57,518 nt of DNA, filler included, from Basidioascus undulatus (GCA_000826855.1; 4 parts of 4 records of this genome joined end to end with filler, not necessarily neighbours in it), one strand, 5' to 3'. Shown: positions 1 to 11,638, numbered from the whole stretch's first letter. Numbers and translations are program-made. Notes: generated by a model not told the origin, from the sequence alone.

Positions 1-2084
1 CCAATCCACCGCCCCCCTCCTCTTCTGTCCTCGGAAAGCGGCCATCATCCACGCGCCCCACCCCCTTCTCCTACTCCACGCCCCTCGCCCGCGCCCGCAC
101 CGTCCGCCCGCACGCACGGTGCGTCTCCTACGCCCTTTCGTCGGGCGCTAGCGACGCGGAGACGGGGACGGGTTCGGAGTGGGCTGGGCCGGATGAGGAG
201 GAGGACGAGGAGGGAGAGGAGGAGGAAGAGGAAGACGAGGGCCAGGAGGAGGAGGAGGTGAAGGGCAAGGGAAAGGGCAAGGCGACCCCGAAGCAGAAGC
301 CGATGATCGTCAACGGTCAGCTCGTCGCTGCGCCGGCGGGCTCCTCCTCCGCCGGCCGGCCAAAGCGTTACAGGTGCACGTTTGACAGCTGTTCCAAGTC
401 GTATACCAAGCCGACCCGTCTGGCCGAGCACGAGCGCTCGCACACTGGCGAGGTGCGTCCCTCCTCACCCCTTTGTCTCCCCTATTTTACTCGCCTCCCT
501 CCCTCCTACTCATCCCCCATGTCTCCCTTGCTTACTTGCCGCCCTGCAGCGCCCCTACGCCTGCCCGCACTGCCCGCAGTCCTACAGGCGCGAGACGCAC
601 CTCACCGCGCACATGCGCTCGCACCTCCCCGCGTCCGACCGGCCGTTCGCATGCGACTTTGAAGGGTGCGAGAAGCGGTTCTGGACGGCGCAGCATCTGG
701 AGCGGCATCGGGACGTCCATAGGGGGGCGAAGGCGTTCGAGGTGCGTCGAGTTTCGTCTTCGTTCTTCTTTTTCCTTCGTTCCCTTATCCTTTCCTTCTT
801 CCCCATCATGTTTCTTTTGTCTTTCTTTTCCTTTATCCTCTTCTTCACCCCCGTTTCGCTACGCTAGAATATTGGAAAGCTGAGCTCGGGCTTGGGGGAT
901 ACAGTGCACGGAGGACAACTGCACGGAGGCGTTCGCGAAGCACTACCAGCTGCGGCGGCACGTTGCGGAGGCGCACTGCCCGGCGGGGACGAAGCCGTTC
1001 CGGTGCACGGACGCGGGGTGCACGTCGTCGTTCACGACATCCCAGCGGTTGCGAAATCACCTCAAGACGCACGACGGTGGGTCTCTTCTCCCTTTCCTAT
1101 ACCCATTTCCGTCTTCCTTTCTCGCCATGTTAATTTCGTCTCGTCGTGATGCTGACACCCGAGGTCCCATTCGCAGAGGGCCGCTACGCCTGTGCCGCCC
1201 CCGAGTGCTCCGCCCTCAACCTGACCTTCCCCACCTGGACGGCCCTGCAGTCCCACGCGCGCACCGCGCACCCGCCGACATGCCCGCACCCGGAATGCGC
1301 AGGGCGGACGTTCGCGAGCCGCAAGGGCCTGCGCGGACACCTGAAGCTGCACGAGGAGCGCGAGCACGAGGGGGAGATGCGCGAGGCTGTGCGCGAGGGG
1401 GTGGGGAGCGAGGAGGAGGAGGGCGAGGGAGAGGGGGAGGGGAAGAGGAGGAGGGTGGAGCAGGACGTTGTGGGAAGGGACTGGAAGTGCGACGAGGAGG
1501 GGTGCGGGAAGGCGTTCAAGTCGGTACGTCGCTTCTGCGCTCCCTATTCCCCCTTCTCCCGCCCTATTTACGCCTAACAGAACTCCCGCCCGGCACAGAA
1601 AAAAGCCCTCAAAACGCACTACCAAACGGCGCACCTCCGCCTGCGGCCGTTCGCGTGCGAGCATCCCGGCTGCGACAAGGCGTACGGCCACAAGCACCTC
1701 CTGCAGCGGCACGTAGCGCGCGCGCACGCCGCCCCCTCTTCCTCTTCCACACAAGCGCCCCCTCTTCCCCCTTCCCTCACCTCCTCCACCATTTCCCCGT
1801 CCACCGCCAACACCGCCGCCCCCGCCCCCGCTGCACCCTCCATAGCCGACTTCACAGGCCTGACCTACGCGCGCGCGCCCGCGCGGACGCTCCCCTGCCC
1901 GTACGCGGAGATGCTCGGCGGGGACGGGGCGGGTGGGGTGACGTGCGAGTTCAGGTTCTCGAGGGTGTATGACTTGAGGAGGCATCTGGCGAGCAGGCAT
2001 GGGTTCGAGGTGGATGTGAGGGATTTGAAGAGCTGGCTGGAGGGGAAGAAGGAGGAAGGGGTGGGAGAGGGAGGCGAAGTTTGA
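1..2084 (+). CDS. PZF1: Transcription factor IIIA-like C2H2 zinc-finger protein (10 fingers), 5'-truncated
   Basis: Spliced translation (introns ~453-550, 742-904, ~1077-1177, ~1523-1598) gives ten C2H2 fingers, e.g. CTFDSCSKSYTKPTRLAEHERSH, CPHCPQSYRRETHLTAHMRSH, CDFEGCEKRFWTAQHLERHRDVH, CEHPGCDKAYGHKHLLQRHVARAH. Acidic spacer after finger 7; stop TGA 2082-2084. Architecture matches fungal TFIIIA (Pzf1/Sfc2). Confidence 0.85.
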
Positions 2085-2682
2085 GGAGAGAGAATTCTGT
2101 TGTAGATTGCATGATAACTGCTGGTCTTCATGAGACGCTTCAAATCGTGCCCCGCATCCCGTTCCCTCTCCCGCTCGGGTTCGATGATCAGGAGGATTGG
2201 CTTTACAAGACGTTCTTGAAGTTTCGCAGGGAAGTTTCGCAGGGTGTAGGTATTATTGAAGCTTACTCCGTCGTCAAACCTCTTGTTTATCTTGAAACTG
2301 AAACGAAGATGATGGCAGCGTCCATACCCTCGCATACGTCGAAACCTGTCACGACGCTTGCACGCATGTCCAAACCTTCCTCCTTCCGTACCAAGCAATG
2401 CTCAATATATCTGCGCTCTCTGAATACATCTGTATCAATACCCATGAAGGAACTACACTCATTTCTACATTCTGAAAGTACCGGACCTCACACGCAGTAT
2501 CTCGGACAACGCCGGCCGCCAGCTCGGCATCCCGGAGAAGCTGCAGCATGCAGCTCTGCCTTCCGCTGTCTTCCTCCGGTCCCACCCCAACCCACAGGGC
2601 TGTCTATCTCCAAGCCACACCCACCTGCCATGCTCTCTCAACATCCTCATCGAACGCTCTCAAGTCAAATTCATCACTGACA

Positions 2683-3696
2683 ATGTTCAACCTCAAAGCG
2701 TATCTCTCCTCGGTTCCTCTCCCTTACTCGATCGAGCGCTTCAGCTCCTCGCCCTAGCGCGTCGCGCTCTCGGTCTTTCCGCTCTATTCCTCGCCTGGAG
2801 TGTATCCTACACATCGCCTGGATCCGCTTTGGTTCGCTCCTCCTCGAGCTCGCTCATTCGGATGCCTTCAGGATGCCCCAAGCAGGCACCGGCAGCGTCC
2901 CCCCCAACCCGCTCGGGTGGCTCTTCACCTCTAAACTCCGCCTCGCGCTGTTTGTTACACAGCACGAACTGCGGAGCACCAAGGCGCTGGACAGCAGTGC
3001 CGAGGAGAGGGCGTTTTTGGGACCGCTTCCACAGAGGAGGAGGGAGAGGCCTGTGATTGTGCTGCGGTACGTTTGATCGCTAATCTCATCCAAATTTCCA
3101 TTCAACGGAAACAGGGACTTCAAAGCTGATTCAACGCAGGAAATAGCCTTTCCGCACCGATGGGACCCCACCCTGAGCGGGCCCGTAAGCCCGGCAATCG
3201 AGGCTGTCCGTCGCCTCCTCCCCTCCCTCCGCTCACCTTCAACTCACCTCCCCTCCCCCACTCAGCGTCTCCTCTGTCTCCTCCCTAACCTCGCCTCGTC
3301 CCACCCGACCCTCCTATACCTCACAACCTCCCTCGCAGAGCGGCACGGCCCCGGCCTTTTCGTCCTTCCCTCCGTCGCCTCCCTCAACGCGAAGGACTGC
3401 AAGGCCGCGTGCAACGAGATGGTACATGTGCACACGCACGTGTCGCCCTCTGTTGTCCTATCCCCCACGGACGCTGCAGAGGTTATGAAGAGGGGGTGGG
3501 GCGAACGGTTTTCTGCTTGTTGGAACGCTCGCGCCGCGGGGGTACGTGATGGTTTATGGGCCGGAGGACGATGAGGTAAGCTTAAATCTGAGTTTGAAAA
3601 ATTATCTGAGTGGGTCTGGGTGATCAGGAGTACGAAGTCGCGGAGAGGATCGTCAAGGCTGGTGTGGCTTGGATGGCGGGCGTCCAGATTGAGTAA
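2683..3696 (+). pseudogene. Luciferase-domain (fungal Luz/DUF5519-like) protein, disrupted
   Basis: Collinear blocks: GSVPPNPLGWL, ERAFLGPLPQRRRERPVI, HPTLLYLTTSLAERHGPGLFVLPSV, NEMVHVH...LSPTDAAEVMKRGWGERF, GYVMVYGPEDDE | intron 3576-3627 | EYEVAERIVKAGVAWMAGVQIE* (TAA 3694-3696). TAG at 2755 and several frameshifts. Confidence 0.8.
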
Positions 3697-4240
3697 TGTA
3701 GCGAGGTGGGAGACGGGCGTTGTGTGTAACAGCGGGGCTTTCACCCCTTCTGAGAAATTCTCGAGCTTGTTGGGCTGGCAGCAAACCTTCATCCATGCGC
3801 ACAGCGTTCCGTACTCGCGATATGGGAGACAGGGATGGAGGTTTAACGCTTTTGCATATCTCAGTGCTGCTCTTCTGGCAAGGTGTGGGTGGAGAGGGAA
3901 TGCTTCTGTGTGGTACGTGGGCGTGAAACATTAATGGGTGGTGTGGATAGATGTGGGGGTGCGTGAGGGGGAAGAAGACACCATGTGGTTTGTATCGCCA
4001 TGACGGCATTTTGGCACGCACGATACACACGAGCTGCAAACTTTGACATTAATCTTAGTAAACATGTGTCCTAGAAGTGCGTCGAAGTAACTTAGATCGG
4101 GAAGTGCTACAACCCTGGATATGGAGCAGTTGTGGGGTAAGGGCGCTGCCTAATTATATACTCGCTGCTGCCAACAGCTTCCTTCACCTCTAACCCCAAC
4201 CATCCAACCCAGATCCGCCACATACAGCCACGCACGCACA

Positions 4241-4670
4241 ATGGCGCATCTTGATTTCAAGGCCCACGGCCCTGTCGGCAAGAAGAAGGCCGAGCTGTTC
4301 AACTACGCCCAGCAAGGTCGGCGAGTCTAACGGCCAGCTAAACCAGATCCACCTCGCGTTCGAAGACGTCAAGGTTGCGCTCCAGGAGGCTGGCTCGACA
4401 GGCTTCGACCAGGTGTTCAAGGATGCGCACGCAACATGGAGTTCTTGCGCCCTTTTATTTCACCCACTGTGTATTGATGGTGGCATCCTGGCATCCCAGG
4501 TCGTCCCCTACATGTTCCCATAAACCCGCATGCTCTCGATCGCGTCGTGGAAAACTTGCGCAAGCACATGCCTAACCACATGCCGCTGTGGACTGTCTGA
4601 GGTCGTCCGCCTGGGGGAGCCTGAGATGCTGGTTGAGATTGAGGTGATCGCCCACGTCCCTTCCGCTTAG
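4241..4670 (+). pseudogene. RidA/YjgF/UK114 family protein, disrupted with internal deletions
   Basis: MAHLDFKAHGPVGKKKAELFNYAQ / QIHLAFEDVKVALQEAGSTGFDQVFK / VENLRKHMPNHMPLWT / MLVEIEVIAHVPSA*. Matches the fungal RidA subfamily (YSQA...QAF.NV..AL..AG...W.QV...MP.H.PLWT...EIEV.AH). Frameshifts and stops present; SGQGG segment missing. Confidence 0.8.
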
Positions 4671-5976
4671 AGCTAGGAGTTCTAGTTCTGCATACAACGT
4701 CGTCGTCTTGGGAAAGCATTACGCAGTGCCGCCCACGTCGGAGGAGCGCCTCAAGAAGATTCAGCCGCTGATATAAGTCTGGGCAAAATTATAATTCTTG
4801 AAGCATCCGGGGGCACACTGGCTTGGGCATGAAACACATCAGAGCGAGTCCTGCTCTCTCTTTTCTGTCCGTGCGATTCGCCCCTCGGATTCGTCTCTCG
4901 CACCGAGACTCGAAGAAGCAACCTGAACCGAGCGCATGCCCGAATCACGCCGGTGCCTGGTACCTGGTGGTCTCAGGGGTCAATCTCGGAGTCCGGGTTC
5001 GCCCCAGGGTTGTGTTGGGTTTTGACACACTTGCGCGGATGGACTCCATTTGAGAGTATCTAGAAGTTCCCACCTCCATAATTTTTGGCCAGTCGAAGGA
5101 GCCATGCTTGTGCACTCTGAAAGCATTCGAATGCGGCCTTTGAGTTACCCTGACTGCTGCTGCTCCGCTTTTCCATGACTCTCTATTCCACTCAGGTTCC
5201 TTCAACACTAAATACCGATATTCTAAACTGGTTAATCCCACTCCCCCGTTACAGGACACGCAGCGTAAGGCCGGACTTCGTTGGCCGTTGTGTCGCTGCC
5301 GAGGGTCGTCCCGAGTCTGGCAAGAGTCATCGTTGATTCCATAGTCCGAACTTCCCTAAATCTGAGATATGACATTGCTTGTTCTACCAGTTTGATAAGA
5401 CAGATCTGTTTCATGTCCTGTAGGAAGCAGTGCAGCAGAAAGGGATGCAACCAACCCGCTGGTGCCGGCAGACTTCCGTCGACTGACTGTCGCAGCAGAG
5501 CCTCGCACTGAATGCTTTAAAGGACTAAAGCACTTTTTGAGCTTTGGAAAATTGCTGACCATCAAGGCCTGCTGCACAGACGGCTCTAACTCAACGTTAC
5601 AGCCAGCGGACCCCAACTTCATCGTTGCAAACATACCTCAAAAGGGCTTCGACCGGAGAAAGAATATCTGCAAAAAGCTGTGATTGCTACAGTTCAATCT
5701 TCCGACGCGGGCGCTGGACCTCCTTCGAAGTGCTGGCACATCGAAAGACAGCAGGCCCTGTTGGAGCTCGGAAGAGCTGGGAGCAAGTTCGTGCCCCCAG
5801 CCGCGTTGCAGATGCAAACGGTGGTTCAATGTGCCTGCATGCTCTTGACTAACCACTTTCACCAACATCGGCAACCGGTATATGGTATAGAAGCTGAAAC
5901 CCGCGATGATCCTGCGGACCTACACTAAGATCACGCAGTTGCAAACGACCAGACTAGAATCTCCGCATCACCTCCT

Positions 5977-6669
5977 TTACTGCTCCCCCTCCCCTTGCCC
6001 ATCCCCAAACCTCACCCTATCCAACACCTCCCACCTCTCCACGCTGCCCTCGCACCTCACCACCCAGACCTCGTCAACCATCCACCCCCCCCCGCCCGCA
6101 ATCTCCCCCCGCTCACCCTGCACGCCCTCCCCCCTCAACCTCTCCACAACGCCCCTCTTCTCCTCCTCCCCCAAATTGCCATACATCAAGCTCACATGGG
6201 GAAAGTACGCTTCCCCATTCGGGAGGCGCTTCCCCTCCTGCGCGGGCAGGCGGGCGCGGAGGGCGCTGTGCAGGTCTGAGAGCGCGGGGGAGGGCTCGAC
6301 GGGCGCGAGGATGCACTGGAAGTAGAAGTCGCCGGAGGCTATGCCTGAGAGGCGGATGTCGAGCCCGGAGGAGGGGATGGACGCACGGATCGCCTCGCGG
6401 ATGGTGGTGAGGGGGATGGAGGAGGGGATGGCGGTTAGAAGGGTGAGGTGCGGGGTGAAGGGGGCCGTCGGGGGGATGGTGGAGGACGAGAGGCGGGTGA
6501 TGAGGCCTTGTAGGGCTGTGTATTCGGGAGACGATGAGGGTGGGGGGATCCAGAGGTTGAGCGTTGGGGGCGAGGGGGCCGCTGGGCGCAAGGCAGGAGA
6601 GGCGTCAGTGAGTCGGGGGAGGAAGGGGGTCTCAAGGGCGTGATGGGTGTACGGCACACACGTACACAT
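5977..6669 (-). CDS. CPD1: 2',3'-cyclic-nucleotide 3'-phosphodiesterase (CPDase, 2H phosphoesterase)
   Basis: Two HxT/S motifs (FTPHLTL, YFPHVSL), N-terminal LNLWIPP and C-terminal VWVVRCEG. Probable structure: 4-nt exon ATGT (6669-6666), intron GTACGT..CTGAC..CAG (6665-6582), exon 2 to stop. Confidence 0.88.
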   Translation of the reverse strand: MCTCVPYTHHALETPFLPRLTDASPALRPAAPSPPTLNLWIPPPSSSPEYTALQGLITRLSSSTIPPTAPFTPHLTLLTAIPSSIPLTTIREAIRASIPSSGLDIRLSGIASGDFYFQCILAPVEPSPALSDLHSALRARLPAQEGKRLPNGEAYFPHVSLMYGNLGEEEKRGVVERLRGEGVQGERGEIAGGGGWMVDEVWVVRCEGSVERWEVLDRVRFGDGQGEGEQ

Positions 6670-6768
6670 TTCGGGAACGGAAGCCTACGTGCAAAGATAT
6701 GGTACAACTTCAAGGTGCAGCTTGAAGTCGTCGATGTCGAAGGGTGAGTGTGAGAAAAGCGAGGTTGA

Positions 6769-6774
6769 CACGTG
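6769..6774. promoter_or_regulatory. CACGTG E-box between the divergent CPDase and Pho4-like genes
   Basis: Palindromic CACGTG, the canonical yeast Pho4 site, in a ~160-bp divergent intergenic segment. A single hexamer may be chance. Confidence 0.3.
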
Positions 6775-6831
6775 CAAGGCGGGCAGGCCAGCGCAGTGCA
6801 CGCTGCGAATACCTTTGGATGTATTCGCAAG

Positions 6832-8097
6832 ATGCCTCGGTATGATGTGCATCGAGGGGACAAACAAGAGCGGGTATATGTGCATGATCGCAGCCAGGTT
6901 CAATCCCTTTCCTTGTCCTCCTTCTCCCTCGCTACCTCCCACCCCCAACCGCAACCTCGCCGAAACAGCAAGACTGCGCCCGCCCCGCCCGCTTCCTCGG
7001 CTTCCGCGTCCGGCCCCGGTCCCGCACGGTCAACACGCGCGGCGAATGGCACCGCCGCGGCCCAGCCCAAGGGCAAGGGCAAGGCCGTTGCGGTCGCTTC
7101 AGCCGCGGCTACTGGTAGCGCCGGTGCAGCCCAGCCGTTCGCACCCTTCCCTGCGCCCGAGCGACCCGGCGCGGCGGGCAGTCGCGCAAACGCGAGCAAC
7201 GTTAAGCGAAGTCCGGCGCTGCGCCCTCAACCGACTGGCCAGCCAGGCGCATCGCCAAGTTTGAAACCGATTCTCCCAGGTGGTGCGTTCCTTCTTTCCC
7301 CTCCATTTCCCCCTTCCTCGTCATCCGACGCCCTACCCCTCCCAGGCGTTCCGAGCTCCGACCTCGCGCGCATCTCGCTCCAAAACCAATCCAACTACGC
7401 GCACATCCTCTCCGGGCGCGCGTCCGCCGTCGGGCTCAACTACCCGCCCGACGCGCACTCAGGCCTCGAGACGCGCCGAACGTCGCACAAGGCCGCGGAA
7501 CAGAAGCGGCGCGACAGCCTCAAGGCGAGCTTCGATGTCCTCCGCGCGCTCCTACCGCCTATTGTGGGCGAGGACGAGGGCTCGGGAGAGGGAAGGCTGG
7601 ATTTGAGACCTGAGGCGAGGGGGATGGATGGGGCTGCGGCGAACAAGGGGGTCAGCAAGGTGCGTTGTTAGGGTTTCAAGTCTTCCCACTAGCTAGCGGC
7701 AGCATGACTCACGCCCCGAATACTTACACAGGTCGTCCTCCTCAAAATGGGCAACAACTACATCGAAGTCCTCAACGAGCGCATCAAGCGGCGCGATTCA
7801 GAGCTGTCCAAGCTGCGAAGCGAGATGCGCGATCTGCGCGCACGCCTGGGCATCCTCGACGAGGCGGACGACGACGGTGCGGGCATTGACCTGGACGCGT
7901 GCGAGCCGGCAATGCAGGCACAGCAGATCGCGCTCGCGCTCGCTGCGGCCGAGGCGACGTGTAAGCCGGAGATGTCCCGCGCCCCGGCGCCGACCCAGGC
8001 TGTGGCTGGCAATGCGGGGAGAACGACGCGGGCGGCGGCGGCGGCGGTGGCGGTTCAGCAGCTGCAGCAGGACGTGGAAATGGAGGGCGCGGAATGA
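6832..8097 (+). CDS. PHO4: Pho4/Nuc-1-like bHLH transcription factor (5' end uncertain)
   Basis: SNYAHILSGRASAVGLNYPPDAHSGLETRRTSHKAAEQKRRDSLKASFDVLRALLP...KGVSK|VVLLKMGNNYIEVL followed by a coiled coil. The SNY..IL.G......Y...RTSHK.AEQ.RR block is typical of fungal Pho4-type factors. Introns ~6840-6893, ~7283-7345, 7660-7731. Confidence 0.75.
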
Positions 8098-8651
8098 CGA
8101 CACCTCCTTGTCCGACCCATGCCCTCTTATACGCACACGCACAGGACTGTTTCTCCTTCTTTCGTCTCCCGAGTCGGACTTCACACCCCTTCCGTTTTCC
8201 CTCCCCCACTTGAGGCTCGGTGCTCGACCTTGTTCTTGCCGCACCTCCACATACCACACCCATCTTGCACTGGACCATCGGCTTTCACACATGATTTCTT
8301 CTCCCTGTTGAATTTCTCCTCGAGCAATCTTACTTCTGCTTATGCCACCATGTCTCCATCTCGTGTATGCGTCAAGGCGGGTAGCGCATCGTTTCTCGGT
8401 CTTCTTGCTTCCGTTTCCATCTCATCTCTTCTTGGGCTCTCGGTTATAGATTTCGGCATACCTTTCATACATGAGGGGCTGCGTAGGGGCGAACAAGGCT
8501 CCTTTGGTCAGGCTTAAGCGGGGGAAGACGAGATGCAAAAGGCGGGAGCAGTTGAAGATGGCGATGCTGTTGTCTTCCTTGGCCCACAACCATGATAGCC
8601 AGAAGAATGTATGTCTAGGCAGATCTCTATCGAGAGTAGTGAACCGTCGAC

Positions 8652-10136
8652 TCAGCGCACACGCTCGATCGCCAGCGCGCTGATGTCCGCGCTCGTAGCC
8701 TTCCCGTCCAGCACCAGCTCAGCGAGCACCTTGCCCGTTCCGGGCGCCAACGTGATGCCTGTGAACCGCGAGAGCAAGTCAGTGGTGTTCCATGGTAGTG
8801 CCACTGTCTGAGCTTGACCACGCACCCCAGGGACCGTGGCCAGAACCGACGAAGACGCCGGGACATCCCTTGGAGTTCAGCGAGGAGACGAGCGGCACGC
8901 CGGAGTCGGAAATGGGACGATAGCAGAGCTGCGAAGAATTCGACGCGATGAGCGACAGATGCACAATGGATCAGAAGAAGGCAAGCGCACCTGCTTCTTC
9001 ACGATCTCGCCGGCGCTCATCTCCCGGCTGAGCTCCTTCGCAGCGGCGACTAGCTTGTCCCAGTTCTCAGGCTCGGTCAGCGCCGCCTCGTCCACGTCCG
9101 CACAGCTGGCTGGCAGGTCGGGACCGTAGTTCTGGCCTAGAAGCATCGTTCCCGTTCAGGATTGCAGCACAGGAAATCGCACAACGGAAAGCGCACCTCC
9201 GAACCATATCGTCCCATCCGGCCGCGCGAAGAACTCGGGCGAGCCGGTCATGTTCGCCGAGGTCGCGCCCTTGATCTTGACGAACACGGCGTGCGCAGAG
9301 GCTGGGGTAGTGGGTCGGATAACAAGGGAGTAACCGGGCAGATGGCCGATGGGGAGAGGCACCGAGAGAAGGCGCTCTGAGAGAGGAGACGTCCAGGGAC
9401 CGGCAGCGAGGACGAGCGAAGTGCAAGGCAGGAGTGTATCGGAGTTCGAGAGCAAGATCGAGAGGGGTGCATCCGTCGACGGGTTGCGCGCAACAGAGAC
9501 CGGACTGGCTTTGACGAGCTTCGCGCCCGCCGCCGCAGCGAGGTCCCACAGGGCGAGAGTGAACTCGCGCGGGTTGACCTGCGCCGTCGTGTCCTCCCCG
9601 GCGACGACCTCCTGCGCCTCGACGCTGCCGCCCTGTTCCTTCGTCCACAGCCAGTCGATCCGCCCAGAGCCCCGCAGCGGCGGACGCGGACGGAACTCGA
9701 GCTCAGACTCTGCAGCAGCGAGCGCGATGTTGGCTTCGGGCTCGGCGTCGTCCGTGCGTTTGCGGGCGCGGGCGATTGCATTGACCGACTCGACAGTACG
9801 ATACGACCACTTGGCGGCTCCGTCGTGCTCGCGCGCGAGAGATTGGTGAAGATTGTACGAAAGAGTCGCGAGCGAGGCGGTGTGCGGTCCGTGCCAGTCG
9901 ATTGCGAGGACTGAAGGACAACTCTGCCTATCAGCATGTTTAAGGGCGTTGATGATCCAAATGACAGACTCACATCCTCCTGCCTTTCCTGAAGCGCCCC
10001 CAGCAAGCTCGTGCTCCTCGACGAGGGTGACTTCGACGCTCCCCGAAGCGAAGAGCGGGTGCCGGGTGAGGAAATAAGCGGTCGAAACGCCGACAATCCC
10101 CCCGCCCACGACGACGACGTGATGCTTCTCGGACAT
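8652..10136 (-). CDS. TDA3: FAD-dependent oxidoreductase, DAO family (TDA3/Btn3-like)
   Basis: MSEKHHVVVVGGGIVGVSTAYFL (Rossmann GxGxxG), AGGASGKAGG, TTAQVNPREFT, LVLAAGPWT, SPEFFARPDG, QLCYRP, GSGHGPWGITLAPGTGKVLAELV...ADISAL. Four GT-AG introns; stop at 8652-8654. Confidence 0.88.
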
Positions 10137-11638
10137 GGTAGCGAGTACCGGATGCGAAAAAGTTAGTGAGTCTAGAGGACGATAAGTCGATAGCCAGTCT
10201 TGGTTCGAGCGAATTCGAGCTGTGAGATCGTGGTCTAAGTTGAGGGTCAAGAGTTGATACGGACGCCGGAGCGGAATTCCGCGCTCGAGGGTCCTCACAT
10301 CTCGCTTTCTGGATGTTCTCTGTGCACACCAACAGTGTGTCCCAACAATTTTACTTGGGTTGATTCAGGCGGGTTAACAACATTAATAATTCTCAGGAAG
10401 AGGTAGACGGAAACACGGATATGCGTGTGGCCACCAGCTGCATCGACCCTACTGACGTTCATTGCGACGGACGCGAGCTGTCATGCTCCTTGACAGCTGC
10501 AAATAGTTTCCCATTATCAGACCGCACATGGATTGAAATGCAATGGTAGTAATGGATTACGGTCGGGTGTCGAGCTAACAAAGCTGAGCGTCGGTCTCAT
10601 GTCGGCATATCACTCAACAGCTTGTTAAGGCAACGTTCGTAAATTGCCCGATATGCTCGCCGTCCCTCACACAGTGCGCTGGCGTAGAACGCACGGCAGT
10701 AGTTGCGTCAGAATCCGGCAGCGTAGTGCGCTTGAAACCTCTGAGCTCGAAGGAAACATGGCCTACCACAGGGTTCCCATATACCAAGCAATATTAATGT
10801 TCTGTCGAGATTCAAAAGGGACAGAGGAGAAAAATCGTATTCTTCGTTGACCGGCCCCGCAAACGATCAGCATGCGGGTGCAACATCAATTTCGCGTTTA
10901 GCTGTGGCTGAGTCCTCGCTATGAGGGTGCTGGCCAATTACGACTTGTCCATTGGCTTGAGATTTCTCAGCCAAGGCTGCTCCAGCCCTGTACTTTGACC
11001 CGCTGTGTTGTAATCAGGGGGTGCCTGTTGGGCAACAGCCTTCGGACGCCAGACGCCAAGGGAGGCGGGCATCAGTGAATGTAGAAACCCTGTGCAGGAC
11101 AAAATTTCCTCATGTATAATTCTGATTACCTCTCTGAACATGAGGGGCTTTTAAGACCATAAATCAAACAGTTGTTGCGGTCAACTACCGTGCGTATCGA
11201 CCGACTGTTGTGGGCTCATTTGCACTCTGCGCGGGGTCACCAGGGCTGGTCTTGGGCTTGTGGTTAATAATGTCGCTCAGGAACCAGATGCTCTGTCGGT
11301 CAGCATGGCGAATATGGCATTTCCACGCGACGCGACTTTCGAGCTTGGGATGTTGTCTGGCGAGTTGTAGGCGCGCTGTCACACTTAGCCGACTTGCCGC
11401 AGCGGGCAGCACGCAACGGGAGCGCACGCGGCACCTCGCAATCGCTCTCTTTCCGTCTGTTGCGTCTTCCGTTCCACATGCTCTTCTGTCCCGACTTTTT
11501 TCCATTGAGATCGACGAGCTGAGGGCCCTCGAGCTTCTACTCTGATCACTCGCATCTGCTTGCCCGCTACCTTGCGTCCTCCCCGAGACAAGGATCCAAA
11601 ACCTTACATCGCTCCAGTCTTCCTACTCGTTCGCGTCC

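Noticed and set aside
1049..2000. Long alternative-frame and antisense ORFs (1049-1972, 1062-2000; likewise 33551-34327, 41444-42136, 44017-44704)
   Set aside because: Shadows of GC-rich real genes; low-complexity translations without motifs.
2683..10136. A bioluminescence gene cluster around the Luz-like relic, with the FAD oxidoreductase as H3H
   Set aside because: The FAD enzyme has TDA3/DAO-family motifs, not those of a salicylate-hydroxylase-type monooxygenase, and no PKS or hydrolase is present on the contig.
10477..10499. Hairpin AGCTGTCA-N7-TGACAGCT
   Set aside because: An isolated 8-bp stem is expected by chance in 57 kb; no ncRNA context.
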